DNA from: Eledone cirrhosa
Taxonomy: Eukaryota
NCBI GenBank assembly: GCA_964016885.1
Contig: OZ024741.1
Span: 336,164,001 to 336,228,000, forward strand
Length of the DNA: 64,000 nt
Direction: 5' to 3'
The position numbers and the translations under genes are program-made. This document shows positions 1-10,941 of the stretch, in pieces (the stretch's first letter is position 1; every line of letters begins with the position of its first letter). The notes under the pieces were generated by a model. That model was not told the DNA's origin. It ran no database searches and saw nothing but the letters and a program-made list of their open reading frames with translations.

Positions 1-581
1 TTCATTTCCTCTTTCTCTGTGCAAGGTAAATAACTCTGCTTGTCTTGGTGAGTCAGTGGAATCTAACAATGTATGTTCACAAAGTAGAATAATTTGGTTT
101 TCTGTGAGAAAGATATATGAGATCTGATGTTTTGGGTAGGGGCTTTTCTCAGATGAAGGGATTTGCCTTGGGCATCAAGTTTTCTTTTTTATAATCTTCC
201 TCACAGCAAACCAAATTATTCCACTTTGTGAATTTTTATACTTGTCTCAGTTTGCTGACAGGCAAATCAAATATAGGGTGACACTACAAGGTCATTGTTC
301 CTGCTAGAAATAGCAGCTGAATATCCTTTCCATCACATCCTATTGTCTTAATCTGTTTCTCATTGCACTGTGGCTAGAAAAAAAACTGGAAGGTCATTTA
401 CAGGATTAGCAATGCCACACACACACACATATATAGGCATGCATACACACACACATGCGTGCACATATACACACATGCACACATACATGCATGCACACAA
501 ACACATATACAAACATGCATGCACACATACACACACAAACACACACATTCACACACACAAACATGCACACACATATATATA

Positions 582-682
582 CAGGGTGTTCCGCAAAAAT
601 ATATACACACTTTGATTACCTTTACAGGTAATATTTATTAGAATGCTGTTGAAGTATGTATACATTTTTTGGGGACACCATA
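582..682. mobile_element. Tiny Tc1/mariner-type MITE
   Basis: TA|CAGGGTG..aaaatatatacac ... gtatacatttt..ggacacc; second copy at 32650-32748. Confidence 0.7.
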
Positions 683-1151
683 TATATATTTATAAGAGGA
701 TGTAGGGTGCTCAAGTGCAGAAAATAAGTTCAATTAGAGCCAGTTACTATAAGATAGATTATAAAATTTGAGTAAAGACCCTTAGAGATGGAAAAAATGT
801 TGCAGTGACTGCTATGAAAAATCAAACTCTGTCTCTTCCAGATAGTTTGTCACCAGTTCAATCCCACTGCGAAGTCACTTGAGTTGACCAATGCCTTATT
901 AGTGGAATTTAGTAGACCAAACATGCAGAAGCTTGTCATATATGTTTTGTCTGTGTTTATGTCCCAAAACTTAGTGGTTTGATAAAAAAAGGGTATTATA
1001 TATATATCATCATCATCATCGTTTAATGTCCATTTTCCATGCTAGCATGGGTAGGACTAAAAGATTAATAGGACACACTACATGTATCTTCTGACCAGGA
1101 TTTAACCCCAGACCAGGATCTCATCTGTCTCTAATACCTCCCACTAGGCCA

Positions 1152-1522
1152 TTATCATCATTTCATTTTACGTCCGCTTGCAAGCAGGGAAAAGCGGACG
1201 TAAAATTAAATGAATGAAATGAATTTTTCCCTGCTTGCAAGGGTGGGACGGGAACTGATTCTGGCTTGATTTCTACAGCTGGATGCCCTTCCTAACACCA
1301 ACCTCATTTACAGTGAGTGCTGGGTGCTTTTTTTGCCGTGGCACCTGCACGACCACTTTGCAGTGGAATGATATGGACCCCAGTCCCTATCATCTCATTT
1401 CTACAGCTGAAATGTAATAAAGTGTCTTGCTCAAGGAAACAACACATCACCCAGTCTGTGAATTGAACTCACAACCTTTCGATTGCAAGGCCAATGCTCT
1501 AACCACTAAGCCATGTGCCTCC
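1152..1522 (-). mobile_element. Same tRNA/RTE-tail SINE, with an inverted duplication in its tail
   Basis: Near-identical to 40674-41016. Confidence 0.88.
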
Positions 1523-1713
1523 ATTATATATATATATAGTAATAATAATAAATTTGAAGACTAAAATCCAAAGAGGGCTCGATAAGGATAAATATATATC
1601 AAATATATAAGAACCCTAGAGCAAATATTTATTAAAATAACAGATTAAAGTTTAAGCAAAGAATCGCTGTTAAGGGTGAAAGCAGCGATTCTTTGCTTAA
1701 ACTTTAATGTTTA

Positions 1714-1812
<99 letters not shown>

Positions 1813-3456
1813 AGATCTAGCTGTCAAAATGGCCGGAGTTCAGCCGTCGGGGTCCTGACTCTTTTTATATTACCCACTCTACTACCCTAAGTATCAAGTA
1901 CTCTGGTGTGTTCACTTGGTATGTTACCACACCTTCTTTGTTATATATATTTAATGTATAACTAATTGGCCAAGTTGTTAGAACATCGAATTGAATGGTT
2001 TGAGATATTTGTTTCAGCTCTCTACTCTCTGAATTTAAATCCTGCTGAGGTCAACATTACTGTTTATCCATTTGAGGTAGATAAATATAGTGCCATTCTA
2101 GTACTGGGGTCAATTCTTCCTCTATATCTCTTACTCACTTCTATTCTCTCATTCTACTCTTCTCAGGAAGAAATCTGGAGAGGAGATGGGCTCTGCCAGG
2201 TTTTAAAATGCCCTAGAAACACTATATATCAGTGCTGCTACAACTCCCTTGGGGTTTACAGGACTATGCATGCATATATAATGCATATATATAGAATAAG
2301 TAGAAGACTTGGAAAAAGTAATTACCCTTTAAGATGATACTCCAACATGGCCACAGTCAACTGATTAAAACTAATAAAAAAAAATGAAGGAAAAATATAC
2401 CTGGTTTAAATGGATTGCATTTTTTTTTTTTTGTTCTTTTTAAATTTCCTCCCCATTAGTAGCAAAACAATATTATTTATTGCTATAAAATTATATTGAA
2501 AAGAGGAGAAAAATATTTACTGCGTGCTTTGTGTTTGTATAGTAGTAGGAGTATTTGTTGGCAGAGAAAGAGAGAAATGAGGAGTGTGTATGAAGTAGAG
2601 TCTAGAAAGTCAGCCTACAATAAAGGGAGCTTACTGTGTTAATATTAATTGTGGTGGTAGAGAAAATGCCTGAAATCGCAAACGGATGATTTAAAATATA
2701 GTTGTGATTATTTGTGCACGTGAGTGAGTGTGTGTGCGTGTGTGCGCGCAAAAGCAAAGCACTTGACTAAAGAAACATTGAGAGAATTTGAAATGTGTGC
2801 GAGTAAAAGCAAATTACTTTAATAGTAGATCACTACACACACATTTACACACACACATATATATATATATTTGTGTGTGTGTAATATTATATGATGCATG
2901 AATTCTTGGTTTCGTCTAACCCATGCTAGCGTGCAAAATGGATGTAAGACGATGATGATTCCAAAATGAGGAAGTCGAGAAATCTGAGTAGAACTCAATA
3001 CATGTTTAGGTACAGAATAATGGTAAAATCTCAATTGAATTCCCTGCCCATTTCCGCTACGTCATAAGTGTGCAGAGACAAGGATGGCCACCCTCCCTTC
3101 CTTTGAAAACAAACAACTCTAGCCAGTCACCACCAAGGCTTGAAAGCAGTCATTTTAGGGCTTGCAAAATTTCTAACAGCCACTTAGTTTCAGGATTGGT
3201 ATATGTATATTTATTGAGAAACATGATCATTATACATATTAAATATGTATTGAAACCTTAACATAATATATATATATATATGCATATATGGGTGTGTGTA
3301 TGTGTGTGTGTATATATATATGTGCTTATATATATAATATTTCAGACACATATGAATTGTTGCATACACACATGCAAGCACATGAATATACATGCATATA
3401 TATACACACAAAGTAATAGCGTCAATGCTTATATATATATAAATATATATATATAT

Positions 3457-6400
3457 CTCGTGGACGAGAATGCGAGCACTCCTCTTTGTTTCGTCCGCGG
3501 ATGGCTAACATAACCCTATCTCCCCCCGCCCCCCACCACCCCCACCCTCCAAACGCAACCCAAAACTTCAGAGTTGGTACCATAAATGTAGGCACCCTAA
3601 AGGGTCGCGCCAACGAGGTTGTAGAAATGCTTGAACGTAAGGAGGTCGATGTTTGTTGTATTCAAGAGACCAGGTGGAGGGGTGGGTCTGCTAGATTCAT
3701 TGAGGGTAAAAAACGATGTTATAAGCTTTTCTGGGTGGGAAACGACGATGGGCTGGGTGGAGTAGGAATCATGGTAGCAGAAAAGTGGGCAGATAAGATA
3801 ATAGACGTAAATAGAGTGAACGACAGAATAATTAAAATACGACTTGTCCTCAATAGAACTACGGTGACAGTAATATCTGCGTACGCACCCCAATCCGGAC
3901 TGCCCGGCACTATAAAAGACAGATTCTATGAGACACTGTTGCTAACTACCTCCCAAATATCTGACAGTGACTATATAATTATTGCAGGCGACCTAAATGG
4001 CCACGTTGGACAACATTGTGACGGCTACGACGAAATCCATGGAGGCTATGGGTTTGGTACTAGAAATGAGGAAGGCTCCAGAATCCTGGAATTCTGTGAT
4101 GCAAATAACCTAACTATCTGTAACACTAACTTCAAAAAACGTGACAATCACCTGATCACCTATAGATCCGGGGAACACACAAGCCAGGTAGATTATATCC
4201 TTACCAGAAGACGTGACAGAGTGTCTGTTGTAAACACTAAATCCCTCCCCCATGAAGAATGCACCTCCCAACATAGACTGATAATTAGCGACCTCATAGT
4301 CAGGACGAGACGTACTCGACAGCAGAAGAGGACTATCCTCAGGAGGAAAATATGGAAACTAAAGGACCCCACAGCCAGAAATAAATTTCAAAGCATATTA
4401 CTTGATGCTTTCGACAGTAAGGAAGAGCATCTAGAATCGGACAATATAGAGGGACAGTGGGAATTTCTGAAAGCAAACCTGCTGTTGGCGACAGACGAAG
4501 TCTGTGGCTGGAGCAGGCCTGTAGGCAGGAGGAGAGTAACATGGTGGTGGAACAGTAGGGTGGAGGGATCAATTAAGGCCAAAAAGCAGGCTTGGAAAGT
4601 ATGGCGGGATGGGGGAAGTAGAGTAGACTATCAAGTGGCCAGGAGGGAAGCTAGGAGAGAAGTGTACTTAGCAAGAAGGGAAGCTGAGGAAAGAAAGTTC
4701 AAGCATGTTCTACAACGCGATGACCAAAAACGTGAGGTGTTCAGGATTGCTAGGCAATGCGTCAAGGAAAACCGTGATATTGTCGGGGAGAAGTGTGTAC
4801 TTAACGATGATGGCATACTTGCCATCACCGACACTGATAAGAAGGTAGCTTGGAAGTGTCACTATGAAAGGCTACTAAATGAGGAGAACAAATGGGAGAA
4901 AGACAGTCTCCCCCATATCGACCCAATAGAGGGACCAGCAGTGTTAGTCGAGGGGAGTATAATAAGTAAGGCAATCAAGGATATGAAGACGGGTAAGGCG
5001 GCTGGGCCTTCGGAAATAGTTGCTGAGATGCTGAAGGCATCTGGCACGGTGGGACACACCATGGTCACCTACATAGTTAACCAAGTCGTACAGAATGGGG
5101 TTGTTCCGAAGGACTGGCATAGCAGCATCATCGTTAACTGTTATAAGGGTAAAGGAGACGCCCTAGATAGGAGTAACTATAGAGGCATTAAATTAATCGA
5201 CCAGGTCATGAAGGTCACGGAAAAAGTAATAGCGCAACTAATCAGAGAGAGAATTGACCTAGATGAAATGCAGTTCGGGTTTGTGTCGGGCAAAAGCACC
5301 ACAGACGCTCTTTTCATAGTACGACAACTACAGGAGAAGTACCTAGCTAAAGGTAAACCCCTCTACTTAGCTTTTGTCGACCTGGAGAAAGCCTTCGACA
5401 GAGTCCCCCGCTCCATTATCTGGTGGGCTCTTAGAAAACTAGGCGTTGACGAATGGCTTGTGAGGGCTATACAAGCCATGTATAAAGAAACAGTCAGCAA
5501 GGTTAGAATTAACAACGAATATAGTGAAGAGTTTAGCGTAAAAGTTGGCGTCCATCAGGGCTCTGTTCTCAGCCCCCTACTATTTATTATTGCCCTTCAG
5601 GCTATAACAGAGGAGTTCAAGACAGGCTGCCCATGGGAACTCCTATACGCAGACGACCTCACACTCATAGCGGAATCAATGGCCGAGCTAGAGAAGAAAT
5701 TCCAAACATGGAAGCACGGCCTAGAGTCAAAAGGACTTAAAATTAACCTGGCTAAGACCAAAGTTCTAGTTTGTAGGAAAGAAAACAAGGCGGCGGTCCC
5801 TTCTGGGAAATGGTCGTGCTCGGTGTGTAGGAAAGGCGTAGGTAGAAACTCCATTTTATGTCCTAAATGCAAAGTATGGGTGCATAAAAGATGTAGTGGG
5901 ATCACAGGTAAGCTAACTAAGAACATAGATTTTACATGTGGCCGGTGTTCTGGTGCAATAAGTAGCAGCAAGTGCCCACAAAATACTAGCTCTTTCAATT
6001 GCGCAGAGGGTTCTATAGAAATAGTGGACAGCTTCCGTTACCTGGGCGATAAAATCAGCAGTGGGGGAGGGTGCTCTGAAAGTACTGTAGCTAGAGTCAG
6101 AACTGGTTGGAAAAAGTTAAGAGAGCTTATACCACTATTAGCTGCTAAAGGGTTCTCCCTAAAAATGAAAGGCAGGTTGTACGATGCCTGCATACGAACA
6201 GCAATGTTGCATGGTAGTGAGACCTGGGCATTGTGTGCAGAGGATATACGCAGACTAGAGAGGAACGAAGCTTGCATGCTCCGCTGGATGTGTAACAGTA
6301 ATATACATGAACGGCAAAGCATAAACGAACTAAGGAAAAAATTAGAGATAAGAGGGATCAGATGTTGTTTACTCGAGAGAAGGCTGCGTTGGTATGGACA

Positions 6401-6972
6401 CGTGATGCGCATGAAAGTCGATAGCTGTATAACAAAGTGCAGGGCAATGAAGATAGACGGTAGCCACGGAATAGGCAGACCTAGAAAAACCTGGGATGAG
6501 CTGATAAACTCCGACCTCACACACTTACACCTCTCCAAGACAATGTCACTGAACCGAGACCTTTGGCGGTACTCAGTAACAGAGAAGACCCGCCTTGCCA
6601 GTAGGCATCTCTAACAAAATACACCCCGTCCCGCCACCACCCCCACCCCATCCACACCACCCCGTTCTATGTAAAGTTATGTTGGTGCCGCGCCATCCAG
6701 GCCGAAACAAATGAGATCGTGTAGGTGTCACGACAAAAAAACACACAGTCCACGCTGTAATGTGGCCGTGTAGGCAACACGGTAAAAACCTCCCAGACCC
6801 ACACTGTAAATGTGGTTGGTGTTAGGAAGGGCATCCAACTGTAGAAAACCTGCCAGACAGTCCTATGCGAGCAAGACAATCACTCTTGCCTCAAGTGGGA
6901 CTACCCCCGTCCAAACCCATGCAAGCATGGAACACTGACGTTAAACTTTGATGATGACGATGATGATGATGA

Positions 6973-6976
<4 letters not shown>
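3457..6976 (+). mobile_element. Near full-length RTE LINE with ~340-bp 3' UTR and (GAT)n tail, inside a (TA)n microsatellite
   Basis: TA runs at about 3430-3456 and 6976-7017; 3' UTR ends ...gacgttaaactttgatgatgac. Confidence 0.92.
3486..6614 (+). CDS. RTE-clade LINE polyprotein: AP endonuclease + reverse transcriptase + PHD-like C4HC3 finger; apparently intact
   Basis: Uninterrupted 1042-aa ORF (first ATG 3501). APE motifs GTINVGTL, CIQETRW, SAYAP, GDLNGHVG, QVDYIL, SQH. RT motifs QFGF, FVDLEKAFD, GVHQGSVLSP, YADD. Finger CSVC..CPKC..HKRC..CGRC. RTE-type C-terminus RRLRWYGHV..GRPRKTW. Confidence 0.95.
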   Translation: MFRPRMANITLSPPAPHHPHPPNATQNFRVGTINVGTLKGRANEVVEMLERKEVDVCCIQETRWRGGSARFIEGKKRCYKLFWVGNDDGLGGVGIMVAEKWADKIIDVNRVNDRIIKIRLVLNRTTVTVISAYAPQSGLPGTIKDRFYETLLLTTSQISDSDYIIIAGDLNGHVGQHCDGYDEIHGGYGFGTRNEEGSRILEFCDANNLTICNTNFKKRDNHLITYRSGEHTSQVDYILTRRRDRVSVVNTKSLPHEECTSQHRLIISDLIVRTRRTRQQKRTILRRKIWKLKDPTARNKFQSILLDAFDSKEEHLESDNIEGQWEFLKANLLLATDEVCGWSRPVGRRRVTWWWNSRVEGSIKAKKQAWKVWRDGGSRVDYQVARREARREVYLARREAEERKFKHVLQRDDQKREVFRIARQCVKENRDIVGEKCVLNDDGILAITDTDKKVAWKCHYERLLNEENKWEKDSLPHIDPIEGPAVLVEGSIISKAIKDMKTGKAAGPSEIVAEMLKASGTVGHTMVTYIVNQVVQNGVVPKDWHSSIIVNCYKGKGDALDRSNYRGIKLIDQVMKVTEKVIAQLIRERIDLDEMQFGFVSGKSTTDALFIVRQLQEKYLAKGKPLYLAFVDLEKAFDRVPRSIIWWALRKLGVDEWLVRAIQAMYKETVSKVRINNEYSEEFSVKVGVHQGSVLSPLLFIIALQAITEEFKTGCPWELLYADDLTLIAESMAELEKKFQTWKHGLESKGLKINLAKTKVLVCRKENKAAVPSGKWSCSVCRKGVGRNSILCPKCKVWVHKRCSGITGKLTKNIDFTCGRCSGAISSSKCPQNTSSFNCAEGSIEIVDSFRYLGDKISSGGGCSESTVARVRTGWKKLRELIPLLAAKGFSLKMKGRLYDACIRTAMLHGSETWALCAEDIRRLERNEACMLRWMCNSNIHERQSINELRKKLEIRGIRCCLLERRLRWYGHVMRMKVDSCITKCRAMKIDGSHGIGRPRKTWDELINSDLTHLHLSKTMSLNRDLWRYSVTEKTRLASRHL

Positions 6977-7019
<43 letters not shown>

Positions 7020-9289
7020 CATCATCTCACAAATTACAACAACACTATGTTTTTTGTTGTATCACCAGTCTGAAGAGCAGATCGATAATACAGTCGGGTC
7101 AAAAATTTCTATGGGTACCTATGCAAAACGCGCATAACAGGTTGATACACAATAAAAAACTAGATGCACGTTAACGAAACTTCCTTGTTTTTATTAATAT
7201 ATATGTATCAAGGACGGTGCCCCAGCATGGTCTCAGCCAGATGGCTAGAACAGTAAAAGAGTAAAAGGGTATATATAAAAACTGAGTATAAAGTTACATT
7301 GTTTTTAGCTACCACATCATGACATATATCATCAGCATAGTGTCCATATTATCCGTAAGGATATAGTGTTGGGCTGTAATGTAAATATGTTTTATTCAGT
7401 TTATACTTACAAGCCAAAATTGCCTCAGATTTTTTGTTTAAGATTAGTTTGTTAACATAAAGGATTTCCAAGGCTTCAATGGCACAAAGATTACATGATC
7501 TTTTATTCCCATTATAGGATCTAGCTTTAGCTAAGATCTCCCAGTGTAATCTATCAGATGTTATTGTCTCTTAAATTTCAGATATAGGGTGTAAATGAAG
7601 TCATATTCCTTCTTAAAAGGTTTTGAAATGAATGAGAGTTCATGTACAGACACTGTTTAAATCTATTGGCCCTTGTTACATTTGTAAATTATATTGTTCT
7701 TATTATCATTATGATTTTTACTATTATTTATACCTTCAGTATTTTTTATGTTTAATTATTTAACTACTATTAATATCATTTTCCATATATGGTAGCTGGA
7801 AATTATTCGGCTATTCTAAAAGGAATATTAGTCTCCTGATTTTTTCATAGCAAGAATTTGTTTTATCCATAGCAAGACTTTATTCTTCTCACTCCATATA
7901 ATGATGTAATTATCATTGCATACATTTCGCTCACCTCAAGAGAATGTCTTCCCACACTACCATTATCTCTTCTTGTTTTCTAAAGGCAATATTTAATCAT
8001 AACGTTTGTGAAATATTTATTTCTTCAGTTAAAGATTGATTTTTCTCATTGCTTAAAGTTTTAATCTTTACTAATAATAAATATTTGGTTTACGGGTTTA
8101 TATACACTTACATATGTATATATATATGCAACCCTTATAGAGTCCCCTTTGTATTTATTATTACAATATATAGATATGGGATTATTAAATTTGCTAAGCT
8201 AAGATTCTATTGTTATCTTGGCACTTTTAATTCTCTAATGCATTGTATGGTTTTCAAAATTATTTAAATATATATATATATCATCATTATCATCATCATC
8301 ATCATATATATATATATATATATACATTTATATTAAGGCTAAAAACTGAGTCTTATTACTCTGGAGTTTCGACACGGGCAAAACTCCAGAGTAACAAGGC
8401 TCATTTTTTAGTTTTAATATAAATGAATATTAAAACTCTACTTTGTTATTGCATACTCCTTTCTCTCAGCTGTCAACCACATATGGATATATATATATAT
8501 ATATATATATATCTGAAGACGGCATATATATGTGTTGGGTATGTATATTTAATTTTGATAGTTTGTATAATTTTGTATAATTTTGTACATAGATCTGTTG
8601 AATATGCATGCCAATTCTAACACATATATATCCTAGAAACGATCGTTAAATAATGAACTTTTTCTGTTTAATATAAGGAACTGTTTCATTGTTTTATTCA
8701 TTATTTGTTTAATATTTTATATATATATATATATATTAAGACAGATATTCATTATATGTTTTTCTGTGACATGTGCATTGAGCTGTTATGCAATCATTAC
8801 ACTTTATTTCACACTGCTCCAGTGTCGACTCAGCTGGCACAAAAATGAGTTATACCTGTAATTTAATAGGGCCAGCTTTTGCACATAATATATCTAACAT
8901 GTCATGCTGAATCTCCATTATGGTACATCACTATCATCATCATCATCATCATCATCATTTAATGTCCATTTTTCCAAGCTTGCATAGGTTAGATGGGTTG
9001 TCACATTATTAGATAAGTTGGTCCAGATATTATCAGGCTCCTACAGATCTATGTAACACTTGGCCACTTGCACATGAATTTCATGAGCAGTGTATTCCAT
9101 TGTTTGAACATCTGGGACACTTGTCATTGAAACCAATGGAGATATACTAAACATGCACACATACATCCACACACAGTCTCTCTCACACACAAACATACAC
9201 ACACACATACATTCTCACACACACGCACATACACACACACATAGACATTCACATACATACTGCTTAGTCAAGAAGGGAATGTTCTATGC

Positions 9290-9557
9290 CAGGCATGGGC
9301 AACATTTTCGAGAAGCGGGCCACATGAGATATGGTTCATCATCAGGCGGGCCGCAAGCGCTAATTTACATTTGTGCCCATATTAAAAAAAAGGGCAGTAA
9401 CTCAGGTTGTTTTGATTTGTTTCTTCAGAATTCATACACGTTTTACTCAATTGTAAAAATGATAGAAAGATAAGTTTAAAAAATCAGAAAGATTTCACTT
9501 AGGTGACTTAGGCGAGCCACTCAGAAAGCTTCGCGGGCTGCAGGTTACCCATCACTG
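9290..9557. mobile_element. hAT-type MITE
   Basis: Ends CAGGCATGGGCAAC / GTTACCCATCACTG; 8-bp TSD TTCTATGC at 9282-9289 and 9558-9565. Confidence 0.85.
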
Positions 9558-10042
9558 TTCTATGCCCATGACTCCTCCTCTGTGTTTCCAAATCTGTTAA
9601 GAGTTGGGAAAGGAGTAAAGTATCCTCAAATGCTTAGACTCTGTTAAAGATAAACAATGACCAGGTGATGGTATTAAGCTAGTTAATATATTAAGACTAT
9701 TATAGGATAGTGTAGAGCTATATATAGGTACAGTAGATAGAAAATCTACAGAAGCAGTCACATATTAAAGATTTCCTCAACAGATTTCATTTGGTAAAAA
9801 AAAGAATAGTGTAGTATTGAACAAACTGATAAAGCAGAACCTGGCATGAAATGCAATTTAGCTAAAATCTAACACACACACACATACATATGGACACACA
9901 CACTCACACATATAAAAGGAAAGATTTACTTTCATCAAATTGGACCGAGGAAACAATGTTTCCATTGGTCTTTCCAATTGCTACTACTATCTATTGGTCC
10001 CAACTCCACGTATACACATATATATATATATATTTGTATATT

Positions 10043-10308
10043 ATCATCATCATCATCATTTTACATCCTCTTTTCCCTGCTTGCAAGGGTGGGATGGGAA
10101 CTGATTCTGGCTTGATTTCTACAGCTGGATGCCCTTCCTAACACCAACCTCATTTACAGTGAATGCTGGGTGCTTTTTTCCGTGGCGCCTACACGTCCAC
10201 TTTACAGTGTGGGCTGGGTGCTTTTTTGCTGTGGCACCTCCACGACCAGTTTGCAGTGGAATGATAGGGACCCCAGCCCTATCATCTCATTTCTACAGCT
10301 GAGTGAGA
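10043..10308 (-). mobile_element. 5'-truncated copy of the tRNA/RTE-tail SINE
   Basis: Matches 40674-40895, with one extra internal module. Confidence 0.85.
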
Positions 10309-10312
10309 CGGA

Positions 10313-10502
10313 GGTGTATTTTGTTAGAGATGCCTACTGACTGTAGTAGGTTTTACTTTGTATTTAGGTAAGGCGGGACTTCTCTATTACTGAGTACCGC
10401 CAAAGATCTCAGTCCAGTGACATTGTCTTGGAGAGGTGTAAGTGTGTGAGGTCGAAATTTATCAGGTCGTCCCAGGTTTTTCTGGGTCTGCCTCCTCCGT
10501 GG

Positions 10503-10503
<1 letters not shown>
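10313..10503 (-). mobile_element. RTE C-terminal fragment
   Basis: Encodes SHGGGRPRKTWDDLINFDLTHLHLSKTMSLD; adjacent to (TA)n. Confidence 0.85.
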
Positions 10504-10555
<52 letters not shown>

Positions 10556-10941
10556 CAAAGTCAATGACACACGACCGTGACTTCTGGCGTCACGCAGTAA
10601 TACAGGGTACCCGACCTCCCATGGGTACATGCTGAAGCATATAAACAATATGCCCCCCCCCCCCCCCACCGCAAGGTGGCCGTGGAGGTGCCATGGCAAA
10701 AAAGCACCCAGCCCACACTGTAAAGTGGACGTGTAGGCGCCACGAAAAAGCACCCAGCACTCACTGTAAATGAGGTTGGTGTTAGGAAGGGCATCCAGCT
10801 GTAGAAATCAAGCCAGATCAGTTCCTGTATGAGCAAGGCATGGTCAGCCGACCAGACACTGCCCACAACAGGACAACCCGTCTAACCCATGCTAGCGTGG
10901 AAGAACGGACGTAAAACGGTGATGATGATGATGATGATGAT
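10556..10941 (+). mobile_element. RTE-tail SINE/LINE 3' fragment, tail-to-tail with the 10942-12900 RTE
   Basis: Contains ggttggtgttaggaagggcatccagctgtagaaa and ends cggacgtaaaacggtgatgatg. Confidence 0.8.

Noticed and set aside
360-641. Cys/His/Val/Tyr-rich ORFs (also 16146-16517, 24164-24522, 25560-25998, 40072-40362, 48499-49011)
   Set aside because: Translations of CA/TA microsatellites.
1966-2337. 123-aa ORF with hydrophobic stretch
   Set aside because: Starts at TTG and overlaps a degenerate SINE copy; no recognisable motifs.
3457-3500. HDV-like ribozyme at the RTE 5' end
   Set aside because: Only a simple hairpin in about 45 nt; the nested double pseudoknot could not be built.
5597-6538. 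Antisense ORFs over RTE copies (also 11940-12683, 33985-35017)
   Set aside because: Shadows of the LINE reading frame.
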